From Squalus acanthias (lineage: Eukaryota), in NCBI GenBank assembly GCA_030390025.1, contig CM059431.1, positions 97,714,001 through 97,778,000 of the forward strand: a stretch of 64,000 bases of DNA. Direction: 5' to 3'. A program made the position numbers and the translations under genes. The first letter of the stretch is position 1. Every line of letters begins with the position of its first letter. The notes under the pieces were generated by a model. The model made no database searches. It was given only the letters and a program-made list of their open reading frames with translations, and was not told the origin of the DNA. Of this stretch, positions 36,494 through 49,304 are shown in pieces.

Positions 36494-38009
36494 GGAGATA
36501 CAGAATCGTCAAAGCATATATAGATAGAGAACAAAGCATGTGTAACTTACAATTGCAGACAACTGAATTCAATCATCCTGACTGTTTATCTGCCGAGGTG
36601 TGATAAAGTTAATCAGGTCAGCCAGGAATGTACCACATCAAAGACATAGCAAGATACAACTGAGACAATGAGGTGGAATCGCATGGGGTCGAACGTGTCA
36701 AAAGCTGCCGTCTGTATGTAAAACGATTAACTTTAAAATTTTTACTTTTTTACTGGGAATCACATCTGTGAACAAGCCAACGACGACTCGAGTCCGGATC
36801 ACGTCATGTATCGTGACATAAACCCAAGATCCCGATTGAGACCGTCTTCATGAGTGCGGAACTTGGCTATCAGTTTCTGCTCGATGATTTTGCGTTGTCG
36901 TGTTTTCCTAAGGTCGCCTTGGAGAACGCTTACCCGCAGATCCGAGGCTGAATGTCCTTGACTGCTGAAGTGTTCCCCGACTGGGAGGTAACAATCCTGC
37001 CTGGCGATTGTTGCGCGGTGCTCGTTCATACGTTGTCTCAGTGTCTGCATGGTCTCGCCGATGTACCATGCCGCGGTGCATTCTTTCCTGCAACGTATGA
37101 GGTAGACAACGTTGGCCGAGTCACATGAGTATGTACCATGTACCTGGTAGGTAGTGTCCTCACGTGTGATGATGGTATCTGTGTTGATGATCTGGCATGT
37201 CTTGCAGAGTTTGCCATGGCAGGGTTGTGTGGTGTCGTGGTCGCTGTTATCCTAAAAGCTGGGTAATTTGCTGCGAACGATGGTACTTCTGAGGTTAGGC
37301 GGCTGTTTGAAGGCAAGTAGTGGAGGCGTGGGGATGGCCTTAGCGAGGTGTTTGTCGTCATCATGTCATCATACTCATGTGACTCGGCCAACGTTGTCTA
37401 CCTCATACGTTGCAGGAAAGAATGCACCGCGGCATGGTACATCGGCGAGACCATGCAGACACTGAGACAACGTATGAACGAGCACCGCGCAACAATCGCC
37501 AGGCAGGATTGTTACCTCCCAGTCGGGGAACACTTCAGCAGTCAAGGACATTCAGCCTCGGATCTGCGGGTAAGCGTTCTCCAAGGCGACCTTAGGAAAA
37601 CACGACAACGCAAAATCATCGAGCAGAAACTGATAGCCAAGTTCCGCACTCATGAAGACGGTTTCAATCGGGATCTTGGGTTTATGTCACGATACATGAC
37701 GTGATCCGGACTCGAGTCGTCGTTGGCTTGTTCACAGATGTGATTCCCAGTAAAAAAGTAAAAATTTTAAAGTTAATCGTTTTACATACAGACGGCAGCT
37801 TTTGACACGTTCGACCCCATGCGATTCCACCTCATTGTCTCAGTTGTATCTTGCTATGTCTTTGATGTGGTACATTCCTGGCTGACCTGACTGTTTATCT
37901 GCCGAGGTGTGATAAAGTTAGTCAGGATGATTGAATTCAGTTGTCTGCAATTGTAAGTTACACATGCTTTGTTCTCTATCTATATATGCTTTGACGATTC
38001 TGTATCTCC

Positions 38010-38053
38010 TCACTTCCCCCGACGAAGGAGTTTTAACTCCGAAAGCTTGTGAT
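38010..38053 (+). ncRNA. Minimal hammerhead-ribozyme-like motif (right Penelope arm), variant core
   Basis: CCGACGA-A-GGAG(TTTTAA)CTCC-GAAA-GCTT: CUGANGA-like core with U4C, 4-bp stem II, palindromic AGCT stem III. Confidence 0.55.
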
Positions 38054-38533
38054 TTAAAATAAAACTGTTGGACTATAACCTGGTGTTGTGCGACCTCTCA
38101 ATTCTGTTAGTTAGCCAATCCTCTATTCATGCCAATATATTGACCCCAACACCGTGAGCTCTTATCTTGTGCAGTATGCGGCACCTTATCGAATGCCTTC
38201 TGGCAATCCAAATACACTACATCCACTAGTTCCCCTTTATCCACCCTGCTCGTTACATCCTCAATAAAATTTGTCAAACACGATTTCCCTTTTATAAAAC
38301 CATGTTGACTCTGCTTGATTGTATTATGATTTTCTAAATGTCCTGCTATTACTTCCTTGATATTTTTTTGAGTATAGCAGACTATTTACAAGAGCATTTT
38401 AAAAAAGGATTAAAATAGTTGAGGTGGTTGGTGCTGTGATTATTTTGTGTTTTGCAAATTAGGGATAATTAAAAAGTTTACACAAATATTCTGGTAAAGC
38501 TGTTCTCATGTTTTATTTTATCTCTTTTGACAG

Positions 38534-38584
38534 GTATAGCTGTGGGCCTACAGTATATGACCATGCTCATCTTGGGCATGCAAG
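38534..38584 (+). CDS. CARS2: CARS2 coding exon 2 (51 nt; YSCGPTVYDHAHLGHA, HIGH motif)
   Basis: Pyrimidine tract + GACAG acceptor, AAG|GTAAAT donor; CysRS signature CGPTVY..HLGH; phase-2 join to exon 1. Confidence 0.95.
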
Positions 38585-38897
38585 GTAAATATGTTAAACC
38601 GCTGGTCAATGGGGAAACGTATGATTGAAATTCAAACATTCCACCGCCAGAGACTTTAGCAGGCAGGAAGTGTACTTGGTGGTGAGGTGAAGCAGTAGAT
38701 TATAGAACCTGCCCTAGCTCAACAATTCCCCCCCTTCCTCCCTGCTTACAGTTTCTCCTTCACAACATCCTGCTGATTCTCAAATCTGGATTTTGGCCTC
38801 GGCCATCCCTAGCTGGAAGTCTATTCGATATATTGGAAAGAAAGAATTTGCATTTATATAGCAGCCTTTCACGTCTTCCCAAAGCATGTCAGAGCCA

Positions 38898-39335
38898 AGG
38901 GTTAAATTAGGAGGAGAGATTACACAAACTAGGGTTGTATTCCCTGGAATTTAGAAGGTTAAGGGGTGATTTGATCGAATTTTCAAGGTATTAAGGGGAA
39001 CTGATAGGGTGGATAGAGAGAAACTATTTCCGCTGGTTGGGGAGTCTAGGACTAGGGGGCATAGTCTAAAAATTAGAGCCAGACCTTTCAGGAGTGAAAT
39101 TAGGAAACACTTCTACACACAAAGGGTGGTAGAAATTTGGAACTCTCTTCCGCAAACGGTAATTGATGCTAGATCAATTAATTTTAAATCAGAGATTGAT
39201 AGATTTTTGTTAACCAAAGGTATTAAGGGATATGGGCCAAAGGTATATGGAGTTTGGTCGCAGATCAGCCATGATCTCATTGAATGGCGGAACAGGTTCA
39301 AGCGGCTGAATGGCCTACTCCTGTCCCTATGTTCC
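38898..39335 (+). mobile_element. Old CR1 3' fragment (preceded by a short SINE tail on minus)
   Basis: ORF 39009-39383 ESRTRGH..; CR1 tail. Confidence 0.85.
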
Positions 39336-40814
39336 ATACTTGTGTTGCAAAACAATGAAAATATACCAGAAACCCATTCCTAAATGAACAGTTGCGGGGC
39401 GGGGGGGGGGGGGGGAATTAATCGAGAGGAAAATCCGTATCTTAATCTGCAAAGTTTATTAATGCTAGTTTCAAGCGGCAAATTATAAACTGATACTAAG
39501 TTTTAAAACGTTCTGCAATGTATACATTAGAGCTGCATTTATGCTATAAGTTTAACATCAGTGGGAAGCACTGACTCGAAGCTTATGGAGTGTGAATTGG
39601 GTATTAAGGCCCGAAATGACTGTGCAGAGTGAGACTCTCCTCCAGGTGGAACCCTGAGTCCGGATTCAAGCTACATTTACACTAACTGCAGTCTTGATGT
39701 GAAGCAAAACCATTTCAGCTGTGATCGACGTGTAAGTGCACCCTAAAATACACGTGGCACACTGTTAACCTGGGTTACGGTCTGCACTGCTGCCCCAAGC
39801 AAGAAAGTATGACGTTCGTTTTGCGCCAACAGAATTGTTTTACCTGCTTTGAAGAGTGGAAAAAGAATATTTTCTGATGTGCAAACTTCTGATCGCACGA
39901 AAAGAATGGCAAGGGGAGAAAAAAAATCCCACACAATGTTCAGTCCATTTATTTTAGGAAAAATTGGGAAATTGCCAGACTTTAAGGCAAGCAAGAGAAC
40001 ATGGCTGCACGTGTGTCATGACTAGGTGAACTTGGCCAATCTACACAAAATACCACAAGGTCGTACTGACTCAGGAGCATGTCAAGTTCCTTCTTAAAGG
40101 ACCGTAAGTGCACGCATTCCTGCCACAGTTGATAGTAGGCTGCTTATAGTTCAATGACTCGCTGGGAAAAATGCTTCCTGGCATCGACCCTGATTATGAA
40201 CATACGAACAATGACGGACAGGTAAAGACACTCTGGTCCATCCAGCCTGTCCCACACAATTGCGATATCTTGCGCATCACAATATACACTCCACCCATTC
40301 GAAACCATGTGGGAGAGTGACAAAGGGAGAGGCAAAAAAAATTAAAAAAACACAGGCCAATTTGAGCGAAAACAATCTGGGAGTTTCCTCTCCGACCCAT
40401 CTAGGCGATGGAAACTAGTCCAGGAGATCACTCTGGCCCTGAATTCCCTGCAGTACCCACCTTCTGTAAGAGGTGATCTCCGCCCCAGCCAGAAACAGGT
40501 CCAGCTCTCGCTTGAAGGAATTCAGCGAATCGGCATCCACCGCACGAGTCGGCAGCCTGTTCCAGAGGTCCACGATTCTCTGGGAGAAGAACCACCTCCT
40601 GACATCTAACCTAGATCTGGCCTTAAACAACTTAAAATTGTGACCCCTGGTCCTGCCTAATCTAATTAAAACAAACTGTCACCTGTAACACAATCTATTC
40701 CCTTCCATATCTTATAAACCTCAATCAGATCACCTCTAAGTCTACGCTTCTCAAGTATAAAGTCCCAACTCTTTTAGCCTATCTTGATAACTAAGTTTCT
40801 TTAAATTGGGAATT

Positions 40815-41881
40815 TTTTTTATTCGTTCCTGAGATGTGGGCGTCGCTGCAAGGCTGGCATTTATTGCCCATCCGAAATTGCTCTCGTGAAGGTGGTGGTG
40901 AGCCGCCACCTTGAACCGCTGCAGTCCGTGTGGTGAAGGTGCTCCCACAGTGCTGTTAGGGAGGGAGTTCCAGGATTTTGACCCAGCGACTATGAAGGAA
41001 TGGTGATATATTTCCAAGTCAGGATGGTGTGTGACTTGAAGGGGAACTTGGAGGTGATGATGTTCCCATGCGCCTGCTGCCCTTGTCCTTCTAGGTGGTA
41101 GAGGTCATGGGTTTGGGAGGTGCTGTTGAAGAAGCCTTGGCGAGTTGCTGCAATGCATTTTGTAGATGGTACACACTGCAGCCACGGTACGCCGGTGGTG
41201 GAGGGAGTGAATGTTTAAGGTGATGGATGGGGTGCCAATCAAGTGGGCTGCTTTATCCTGGATGGTGTCAAGCTTCTTGAGTGTTGTTGGAGCTGCACTC
41301 ATCCAGGCAAGTGGAGAGTATTCCATCACACTCCTGACTTGTGCCTTGTAGATGGTGGAAAGGCTTTGGAGAGTCGGGGTGAGACACTCGTCGCAGAATA
41401 CCCAGCCTCTGACCTGCTCTTGTAGCCACAGTATTTATGTGGCTGGCCCAGTTAAGCTTCTGGTCACTGGTGACCCTCAGGATGTTGATGGGGGATTCGG
41501 CGATGGTAATGCCGTTGAATGTCAAGGGGCGGTGGTTAGACGCTCCCTTGTTGAAGATGGTCATTGTCTGGCACTTGTGTGGTGGGAATGTTAGTTGCCA
41601 ATTATCAGCCCAAACCTGATTGTTGGTCAGGTCTCGCTGCATGCAGGCACGGACTGCTTCATTATCTGAGGAGTTGCGAATGGAACTGAACACTGTGCAA
41701 TCATCAGCAAACGCCCCCATTTCTGATCTTATGATGGAGGGAAGGTCATTGATGAAGCAGCTGAAGTTAGTTGGGCCTCGGACACTGCCCTGAGGAACTC
41801 CTGCAGCGATGTCCTGGGGCTGAGATGATTGACCTCCAACAACCACCTTTCTTTGTGCTAGGAATGACTCCAGCCAGTGGA
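40815..41881 (-). mobile_element. Crack/Daphne-like LINE, 5'-truncated
   Basis: EYSPLAWMSAAPTTLKKLDTIQ..; FADDC; same 3' end as 23820-23860. Confidence 0.85.
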
Positions 41882-44259
41882 GAATTAGTCCAGTGACCCT
41901 CCTCTGCACCCTTTCCAAAGCCTCAATATCACCCACCATGTGAGGAGACCAAAACTGGACACAGTTTTCCAAGTGCAGCCTGACTAAGGTCTTGTACAAG
42001 GACAAAATAGTATACCTCGTCTTGTACTCAATTGTCCCATGGATACACCCCAAAGCCCTATTTGCTCTAGGTATTGCTTCACGGCATTGCTCATTTACCT
42101 TTGAGGATGTATGCACTCGAATGCCCAAATCTCTTTCTATCTCTACCTTTAATGCTTTTCCCTGAGGGGTGTATGAATGTTGAGCATTTGCCATGCCCAC
42201 ATGCATAACACTGCACTTATTGAAGTTATACATCATTTGCCAGTCATGAGCCCAATCTCCCAACTCATTAAGATCTGCCTGAAGCAGATGAGTGTTGTCT
42301 ACAGTCCTAATACTTGCACAGATCTTGGTATCATCTGCTCCCGACACCTATGTCCAGATCATTAATAAAAATAGTAAAGAGCAACGGTCCCAACACTGAT
42401 CCCTGTGGGACTGGTGACCGGTCTCCAAACAGATCCAAATCCATCTGTAACTACTTTTTACCTATGTCCTGCCAGCCAGTTCTCAATCCAGCTCAATATA
42501 TTACCACTAATACCTGAGGCTTCGATCTTATAGAGAAGCCTCTTATGCGGTACTTTATCAAAAGCTTTTTGGAAGTCTTAAGTAGACAATGTCTACTGGA
42601 CTTCCCTCATCCACCAACTTTGTAACTTCAAAAAAGTTAGATTTGTAAGACATGATCTTTTTATGAAGCCATGTTGGGTGTCCCTAATGACCCTCTCTAT
42701 CCAAGCATTCATATATTGAGTCCCTCAAGCATCTTGCCTATTACTGATGTTAAACTAATGCGCCTATAGTTACCCGTGTCTGTCTTGTCACCTTTTTTAA
42801 AGATGGGGACTACATTAGCCTCCTTCCAGTCTATAGGAGCCATTCCAGAGTGCAGTGAGCTATTAAAAAATACAGGCTAGGGGCTCGCACAGCAGATGTC
42901 CCATCTCGCTGAGGACCCTCGGGTGGATATCATCCAGCCTGGCTGCTCTATCTATTTTCAAGTTCTTAATTCTTTCTAAAACAATATATTCATCTATGTT
43001 AATATTACTAGTTTTGTTAGTAACATTATTAGATTCTAATAGTCGAGCATCATCTTCAAGGGTGAAGACCGATGCAAAGTACTCATTTAATATTTCCGCC
43101 ATACCCAGTGAGTCCTTTGTAACCTGCCCTTGAACACCCTTCAATGGCCCAATGCAGTCTTTGACAGTTCTCTGACTCTTCACATAACAGAAAAGCTTTT
43201 CCCATTACTTCTACAGTTGTCTAGGATCCTCTTTTCCATTCGCCTTTTTACTGATCTAATAGCAGCCTTTGTTTTCTTTAGTTGTTCCTTGTACTCAACT
43301 CTGTTTAGTTGAGTATTAAATGTCTTTAATTTATGGAAACGTTTCCATCTTATTTGTCTTTGTACAGAACCGGTCAGCTACCTTGGCTTTTTATTACCAC
43401 ATTTCCTCCTTTTGACTTTGGCTACATAGTTGTTTGCAACATTTTTATCTTCTTAAAAACTTTCCATTTGTATTCTACATCAGTCTGATCACCACCCAGT
43501 AGGGTTAGCCAATTTACCCGTTCCAAATCATCTGCCATTTTTGTGACTTTTGCTCTTCTGAAATCTGCTACAAGTTGCAGGTTCTCGGCACCTTTTGGTC
43601 TACCAGCCAATTGGAACCATATGTTGGGGTTACTGTTGGCCAAATGTTCCCCCACATTGAGGCCCGATATGAGATCAGGCTCACTACTAAACACTCGATC
43701 CAATATATGATTATCCCTAGTTACTTCATTAACATGTTGAGTCAGAAAACAGTCTTGTATATTTTCGACAATTTTTTCAGCTGCACTGCACCAGAACAGA
43801 AGGTAAACCATCATGCCACTGAATGCCAGGAAAATTAAAATCACCCATCAAACAAATGTGGCATTTTATATTCAAAGCATTTGCAATCTGTTTCCATAAT
43901 AACTCATTATGTTCAGGTGTCTGACCCGGGGTCTATAACAATTACTGATAATTAATCCCTGCCCGTGAGCTTGGTTCACTTGAACCCAGATAGCCTCAGC
44001 TGTACCTGATGAGGCAATATCAAGTCTTTCTCTAGCTCTTAGATTCTCATCAAAATAGCAACCCCAACTCCCCTTTGACCTTCTCTATCCTATCCGAATC
44101 CCTTGTAGCCCTTTAGGTGCATTTCTGTCCCATCACGTTCATCTAGCCATGTCTCAGAAACACACAATATGGCTAATCTCTCCAACACAGTGTAGAATTG
44201 CAGTTCTAACTATTTGTTTCTAACATTCCTTGTATTTACATAAAAACAATTTAACGTCT

Positions 44260-47200
44260 CATAGAAACATAGAAGATAGGAGCAGGAGTAGGCCATTCGG
44301 CCCCTCGAGCCTGCTCCGCCATTTAATGAGATCATGGCTGATCATCCAAACTCAGTACCCTGTACCTGCCTTCTCCCCATATCCCTTGATACCTTTAGCT
44401 TTAAGAAATATATCTAACTCATTCTTGAATATATTTAATGACTTGGCCTCAACTACCTTCTGTGGTAGAGAATGCCACAGGTTCACCACTCTCTGGGTGA
44501 AGAAATTCTTCCTCATTTCTGTCCTAAATGGCTTACCCCTTATCCTTAGATTATGACCCCTGGTTCTGGACTCTCCCACCATCGGGAACATTCTTCCTGC
44601 ATCTAGTTTGTCCAGACCTGTCAGAATTTTATGTTTCGATGAGATCCCCTCTCATTCTTCTATACTCCAGCGAGTATAAGCCCAATCTCTCCTCATATGT
44701 CATTCCTGCCATCCCAGGTATCAGCCTTGTGAATCTTCGCTGAACTCCCTCCATGGCAAGAACATCCTTCCTCAGATAAGGCGACCAAAACTGCACACAA
44801 TACTCAAGGTGTGGTCTCACCAAGGCCCTGTACAACTGCAGCAGGACATCCCTGTTCCTATACTCAAACCCTTTCGCTATGAAGGCCAACATACCATTTG
44901 CCTTCTTCACCGCCTGCTGCACCTGCATGCTTACCTTCAGCGACTGGTGCACAAGGACACCCAGGTCTCGTTGCACTTCCCCTTCTCCCAATCTATTGCC
45001 ATTCAGATAATAGTCTGCCTTTCTGTTTTTGACACCAAAGTGGATAACCTCGCATTTATCCACGTTATATTGCATCTGCCATGCTTCTGCCCACTCACCC
45101 AACCTGTCCAAATCATCCTGGAGTTTCTCGGTATCCTCCTCGCAGCACACACTCCCACCCAGCTTTGTGTCATCTGCAAACTTGGAGATATTACATTTAG
45201 TTCTCTTATCTAGATCATTAATGTATATTGTGAATAGCTGGGGTCCAAGGACCGATCCCTGCGGTACCCCACTAGTCACTGCTTGCCACTCGGAAAAAGA
45301 CCCATTAATTCCTACTCTTTGCTTTCTGTCCGCCAACCAGTTCTCTATCCAAGTCAATACCGTGCCCCCAATCCCATGTGCCTTAACTTTACACGCTAAT
45401 CTCTTATGCGGGACCTTATCGAAAGCCTTTTGAAAGTCCAAATACACCACATCTACTGGTTCTCCTTTATCTATTTTCCCAGTTACATCCTCAAAAAATT
45501 CCAGTAGATTAGTCAAGCACGATTTACCTTTTGTAAATCCATGTTGACTTTGTCCGATCCTGTCACTGTTTTTCAAGTGCTCAGCTATTACATCCTTTAT
45601 AATGGACTCTAGCATTTTCCCCACTACCGATGTCAGGCTTACCGGTCAGTAATTCCCCGCTTTCTCTCTACCACCCTTTTTGAATAGTGGGGTAACATTA
45701 GCTACCCTCCAATCCATGGGTACAGTTCCAGATTCCATCGAATGTTGGACGATGATCAGCAATGCATCTACTATTTCTAGGGCCACTTCCTTAAGTACCC
45801 TAGGATGTAGATTATCAGGCCCTGGGAATTTATCGGCCTTCAATCCCGTCAATTTCCCTAACACCATTTCCCTGCAAATACTGATTTCTTTCAGTTCCTC
45901 CCTTTCATCAGACCGTATGTTCTCCAACATCTCTGGGAGGTTATTTGTGTCCTCCTTTGTGAAGACAGAACCAAAATATGCATTTAATTGGGCTGCCATT
46001 TCTTTGTTCCCCATTATAACTTGCCCCGCTTCTGACTGCAAGGGACCTACACTTGATTTCACTAATCTTTTTCTCTTCACATATCTATAAAAACTCTTAG
46101 TCAGTTTTTATGTTCCTTGCAAGCTTACTTTCATATTCTATTTTCCCCTTCTTAATTAATCCCTTTGTCCTCCTTTGTTGAATCCTAAACTGCTCCCAAT
46201 CCTCAGGGTTACCGCTTTTTCTGGCCAATTTATATGCCCTCTCCTTGGATCTTATGCTATCCCTAATTTCCCTTGTTAGCCACGGTTGAGTCACCCTTTT
46301 TGTTTTATTCTTATGCCACACTGGGATGAACAAATTCTGTAGTTCATCCATGCAGTCTTTGAATGTTTGCCATTGCCTATCCACCGTCAACCCTTTGAGT
46401 GACATTCCCCAATCAATCCTACCCAATTCGTGCCTCATACCATCGTAGTTTCCTTTATTTAAATTCAGGACCCTAGTCTCTGATTCAACTACTTCACTCT
46501 CCATCTTAATGAAGAATTCTATCATATTATGATCACTCTGACCCAAGGGGCCTCGTACAACAAGATTGCTAATTAATCCTTTCTCGTTACATAATACCCA
46601 GTCTAAGATGGCCTGATCTCTGGTTGGTTCCTCGACACATTGTTCCAGAAAACCATCCCGTAAACATTCTAGGAATTCCTCCTCCACAGTATTTTTACTA
46701 ATTTGGTTAGCCCAATTTATATGTAAATTAAAGTCACCCATGATGACTGCTGTGCCCTTACTGCATGCTTCTCTAATTTCCCTTTTAATGCCATCCCCAA
46801 CCTCCGTATTACTGTTTGGAGGTCTATATACCACTCCCACTAACGTTTTCCGCCCCTTGTTATTTCTCAGTTCTACCCATACAGATTCCGCATCATCAGA
46901 GTTAATATCCTTCCTTTCAATTGTGTTAATCCCCTTTTTAACCAGCAATGCTACCCCACCTCCCTTTCTTTTTTGCCTATCTTTCCTAAATATTGAATAC
47001 CCCTGGATGTTGAGTTCCCAGCCTTGGCCACCCTGGAGCCATGTTTCTGTAATCCCAATCAAATCGTATTCATTTACCTCTATTTGCGCAGCTAATTCAT
47101 CCACCTTGTTCCGAATGCTCCTTGCATTAAGACACAAAGCCTTCAGGCTTGTTTTTTTTAACGCTCTCAGACCTATATGAATTATTATTTACTGTGACCA

Positions 47201-47323
47201 TGTTTGATTTAAACCGTTGAGTTCTTTGCCTTCTACTTTTGTTTTTCTCCTTCCTGTCTTTTGCTTTTATCCTTGTTTCCCTTTCCTCTGTCTCCCTGCT
47301 CAGGTTCCCAACCCCCTGCCACT
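44260..47323 (-). mobile_element. CR1 family A copy, full ORF2 with small indels
   Basis: ORFs 46097-47137, 45646-46080, 44629-45624, 44352-44591; near-identical to 1-3110. Confidence 0.95.
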
Positions 47324-48339
47324 TAGTTATTTATTCTTGTATGCTTCCTACCTGGTTTAACTGCATGCTTAGAATCTATGCAATGATTAAGGTCAGTAAA
47401 GCTATCTTTGAACATATCTCCACTATCCCCATGCTGAATTAGTTTAACTGCTTTCTGAAAGCAAGCTCAACACCATCAGCCAGCCTTTGTGCTCCCAGGA
47501 AGTTAAGATGGCGGCCGTCCCTCCTAAACAACTTAGCTTGCCCAGCGAACACCTCCTAATTATCGATGAAGTGGAGCCGCTTCTTTTTGCAAAGGTCCCG
47601 AAGCCAGCTATTGAATCCTACGATTCGGCTATTCCTCTCCAGCGATCTGGACACGACTGGTAATAGCCTGGAGACTACTACCCTTGCACCCCTTTGCTGA
47701 AGGTCAGCTATGAGGCCTTTGTAGGAATCCTACAAAACAAATGGATTTCTATCCATTATATCATTAGTACCAATATGTAAATCTACTACAGTACCTTGGC
47801 ACTCACCTTTCATCAGATCATCCACACAGTCCCGGAGATCAGCTTCCTTGGCCCCTGAAGGACAAGACTGCTCTTGACAGAGCCTTGCCTCTACACAGGG
47901 TGCTGTCTGTATCCCTGATGATAGAATCCTTTATGAGGATTGCTCGCTGCCTCTTGCTCTTCCTTGGCTGTTCACCCAACGATGTCCTCTTGAACTTTGC
48001 AGCCTTCCCCTTACCTTTTCCAATATGTTTATATGAGTGAGCATTGAGGGTGATCAGTCTCACTGGGGCTGACCTCACTGCCTGTTGTGTCCTCCAATAG
48101 CTGCATGTCTTCTGGTTCTACCATCACTGTCCATTTCAAAATCGTATCCAAATACACTACATCCAATCCTCTTTTTTTATAATTTAAAAAGTTTGTCGTC
48201 ATATCTCTCAGCCTATTTCCCTCCACAAAGAATAATCCTAAGGTTTGGAGCCTAGTCTTGTAAATAAATAAATAAAATCTAAGTTTAAGGGACATCTTTG
48301 TCCTCTTTTGCACCCTCTAGAACCTCAATATCAGATTCA

Positions 48340-49005
48340 CAAATCATTAAACATAGCGACGTGGGTCAATAAGGCCATAACAAAAATGGTTAATTTCTAG
48401 AGGGATAGAATTGAAAAGCAGAGAGGTTAAATTAAACTTGTATAGAACCTTGCTTCGACCACACTTGGAGTACTGTGCACAGTTCTTGTCTCCAGATTAT
48501 AAAAGGATATAGAGGCACTGGAGAAGGTGCAATAAAGATTTACAAGGATGATACCAGAATTAAGGGTTATAACTATCAGGAAAGATTGAACAGACTGGGG
48601 CTCTTTTCTGTAGAAAAGAGAAGACTGAGGGGTGACCTGATAGAGGTCCTTCAAATTATGAAAGGATTTGATAGGATAGATGTAGAGAACATGTCTCCAC
48701 TTACGGGAAAGTCCAAAACTAGGACCTGTAAATATAAGATAGTAACTAATCAATCCAATAAGGAATTCTGGAGAAACTTTTTTACCCAGAGGGTGGTGAG
48801 AATGTGGAACTCGCTACCACATGGAGTGGTTGTGGCGAATAGTATAGATGCATTTAAGGGGAAGCTGGATAAACACACAAGGAGAAAGGAATAGAAGAAT
48901 ATGCTGATAGGGTGAGATGAAGAGGGTTGGCAGGAGCATAAACCCCAGCACAGACCAGTTGGGCTGAATGGCCTGTTTCTGTGCTGTAAATTCTATGTAA
49001 TATCT
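48340..49005 (+). mobile_element. Old CR1 3' fragment
   Basis: ORF 48475-48894 (RRLRGDLIEV..FFTQRVV). Confidence 0.8.
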
Positions 49006-49304
49006 ATCACCAGATGTGTGGTTTTGTTCCCCACAATATTCAAGTGCTTTATACAAGCCTTTAGTATTGTACTTTATTGGCTAGCAATACTTGGAATCCT
49101 ATTTTTTTTCTCTGCAGCGACCTCACATATTTGTGACCGGTCAGTATACATTTCTTTTCCACTTGGCTACTTGTAATGGGCACTCGTGCGTGGAGCAGAC
49201 CTGCCATGAGTTGCCTGGCTCCATGTGGAAAACACAGCACTCCCTCCACATTCGGTGACATCAGCCTATTCACTCAACTTACCTAAATTGGCTTGCAACC
49301 TACA

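Larger units (their letters stand above)
36363..38103. mobile_element. Penelope-like element: 5'-truncated copy (minus) plus inverted partial copy (plus), GIY-YIG endonuclease region
   Basis: VVYLIRC..WYIGET..LRQRMNEHR..GLN in both orientations; arms 36400-37133 and 37370-38103; TSD TTCTGTTAGTTA at 36351-36362 and 38102-38113. Confidence 0.92.
35323..38360 (-). mobile_element. CR1 fragment split by the Penelope insertion
   Basis: ORFs 35419-35688, 35669-35968, 36055-36294; continues after 38113. Confidence 0.85.
40196..48130 (-). mobile_element. Divergent CR1 (family E) with ORF1 SGNH esterase remnant, split by two insertions
   Basis: ORF2 pieces at 40415-40810 and 41882-44259; ORF1 at 47440-47960 reads ..DSIIR..HIGTND..DGRHLN..; GAATT duplicated at 40810-14 and 41882-86. 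Confidence 0.8.
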
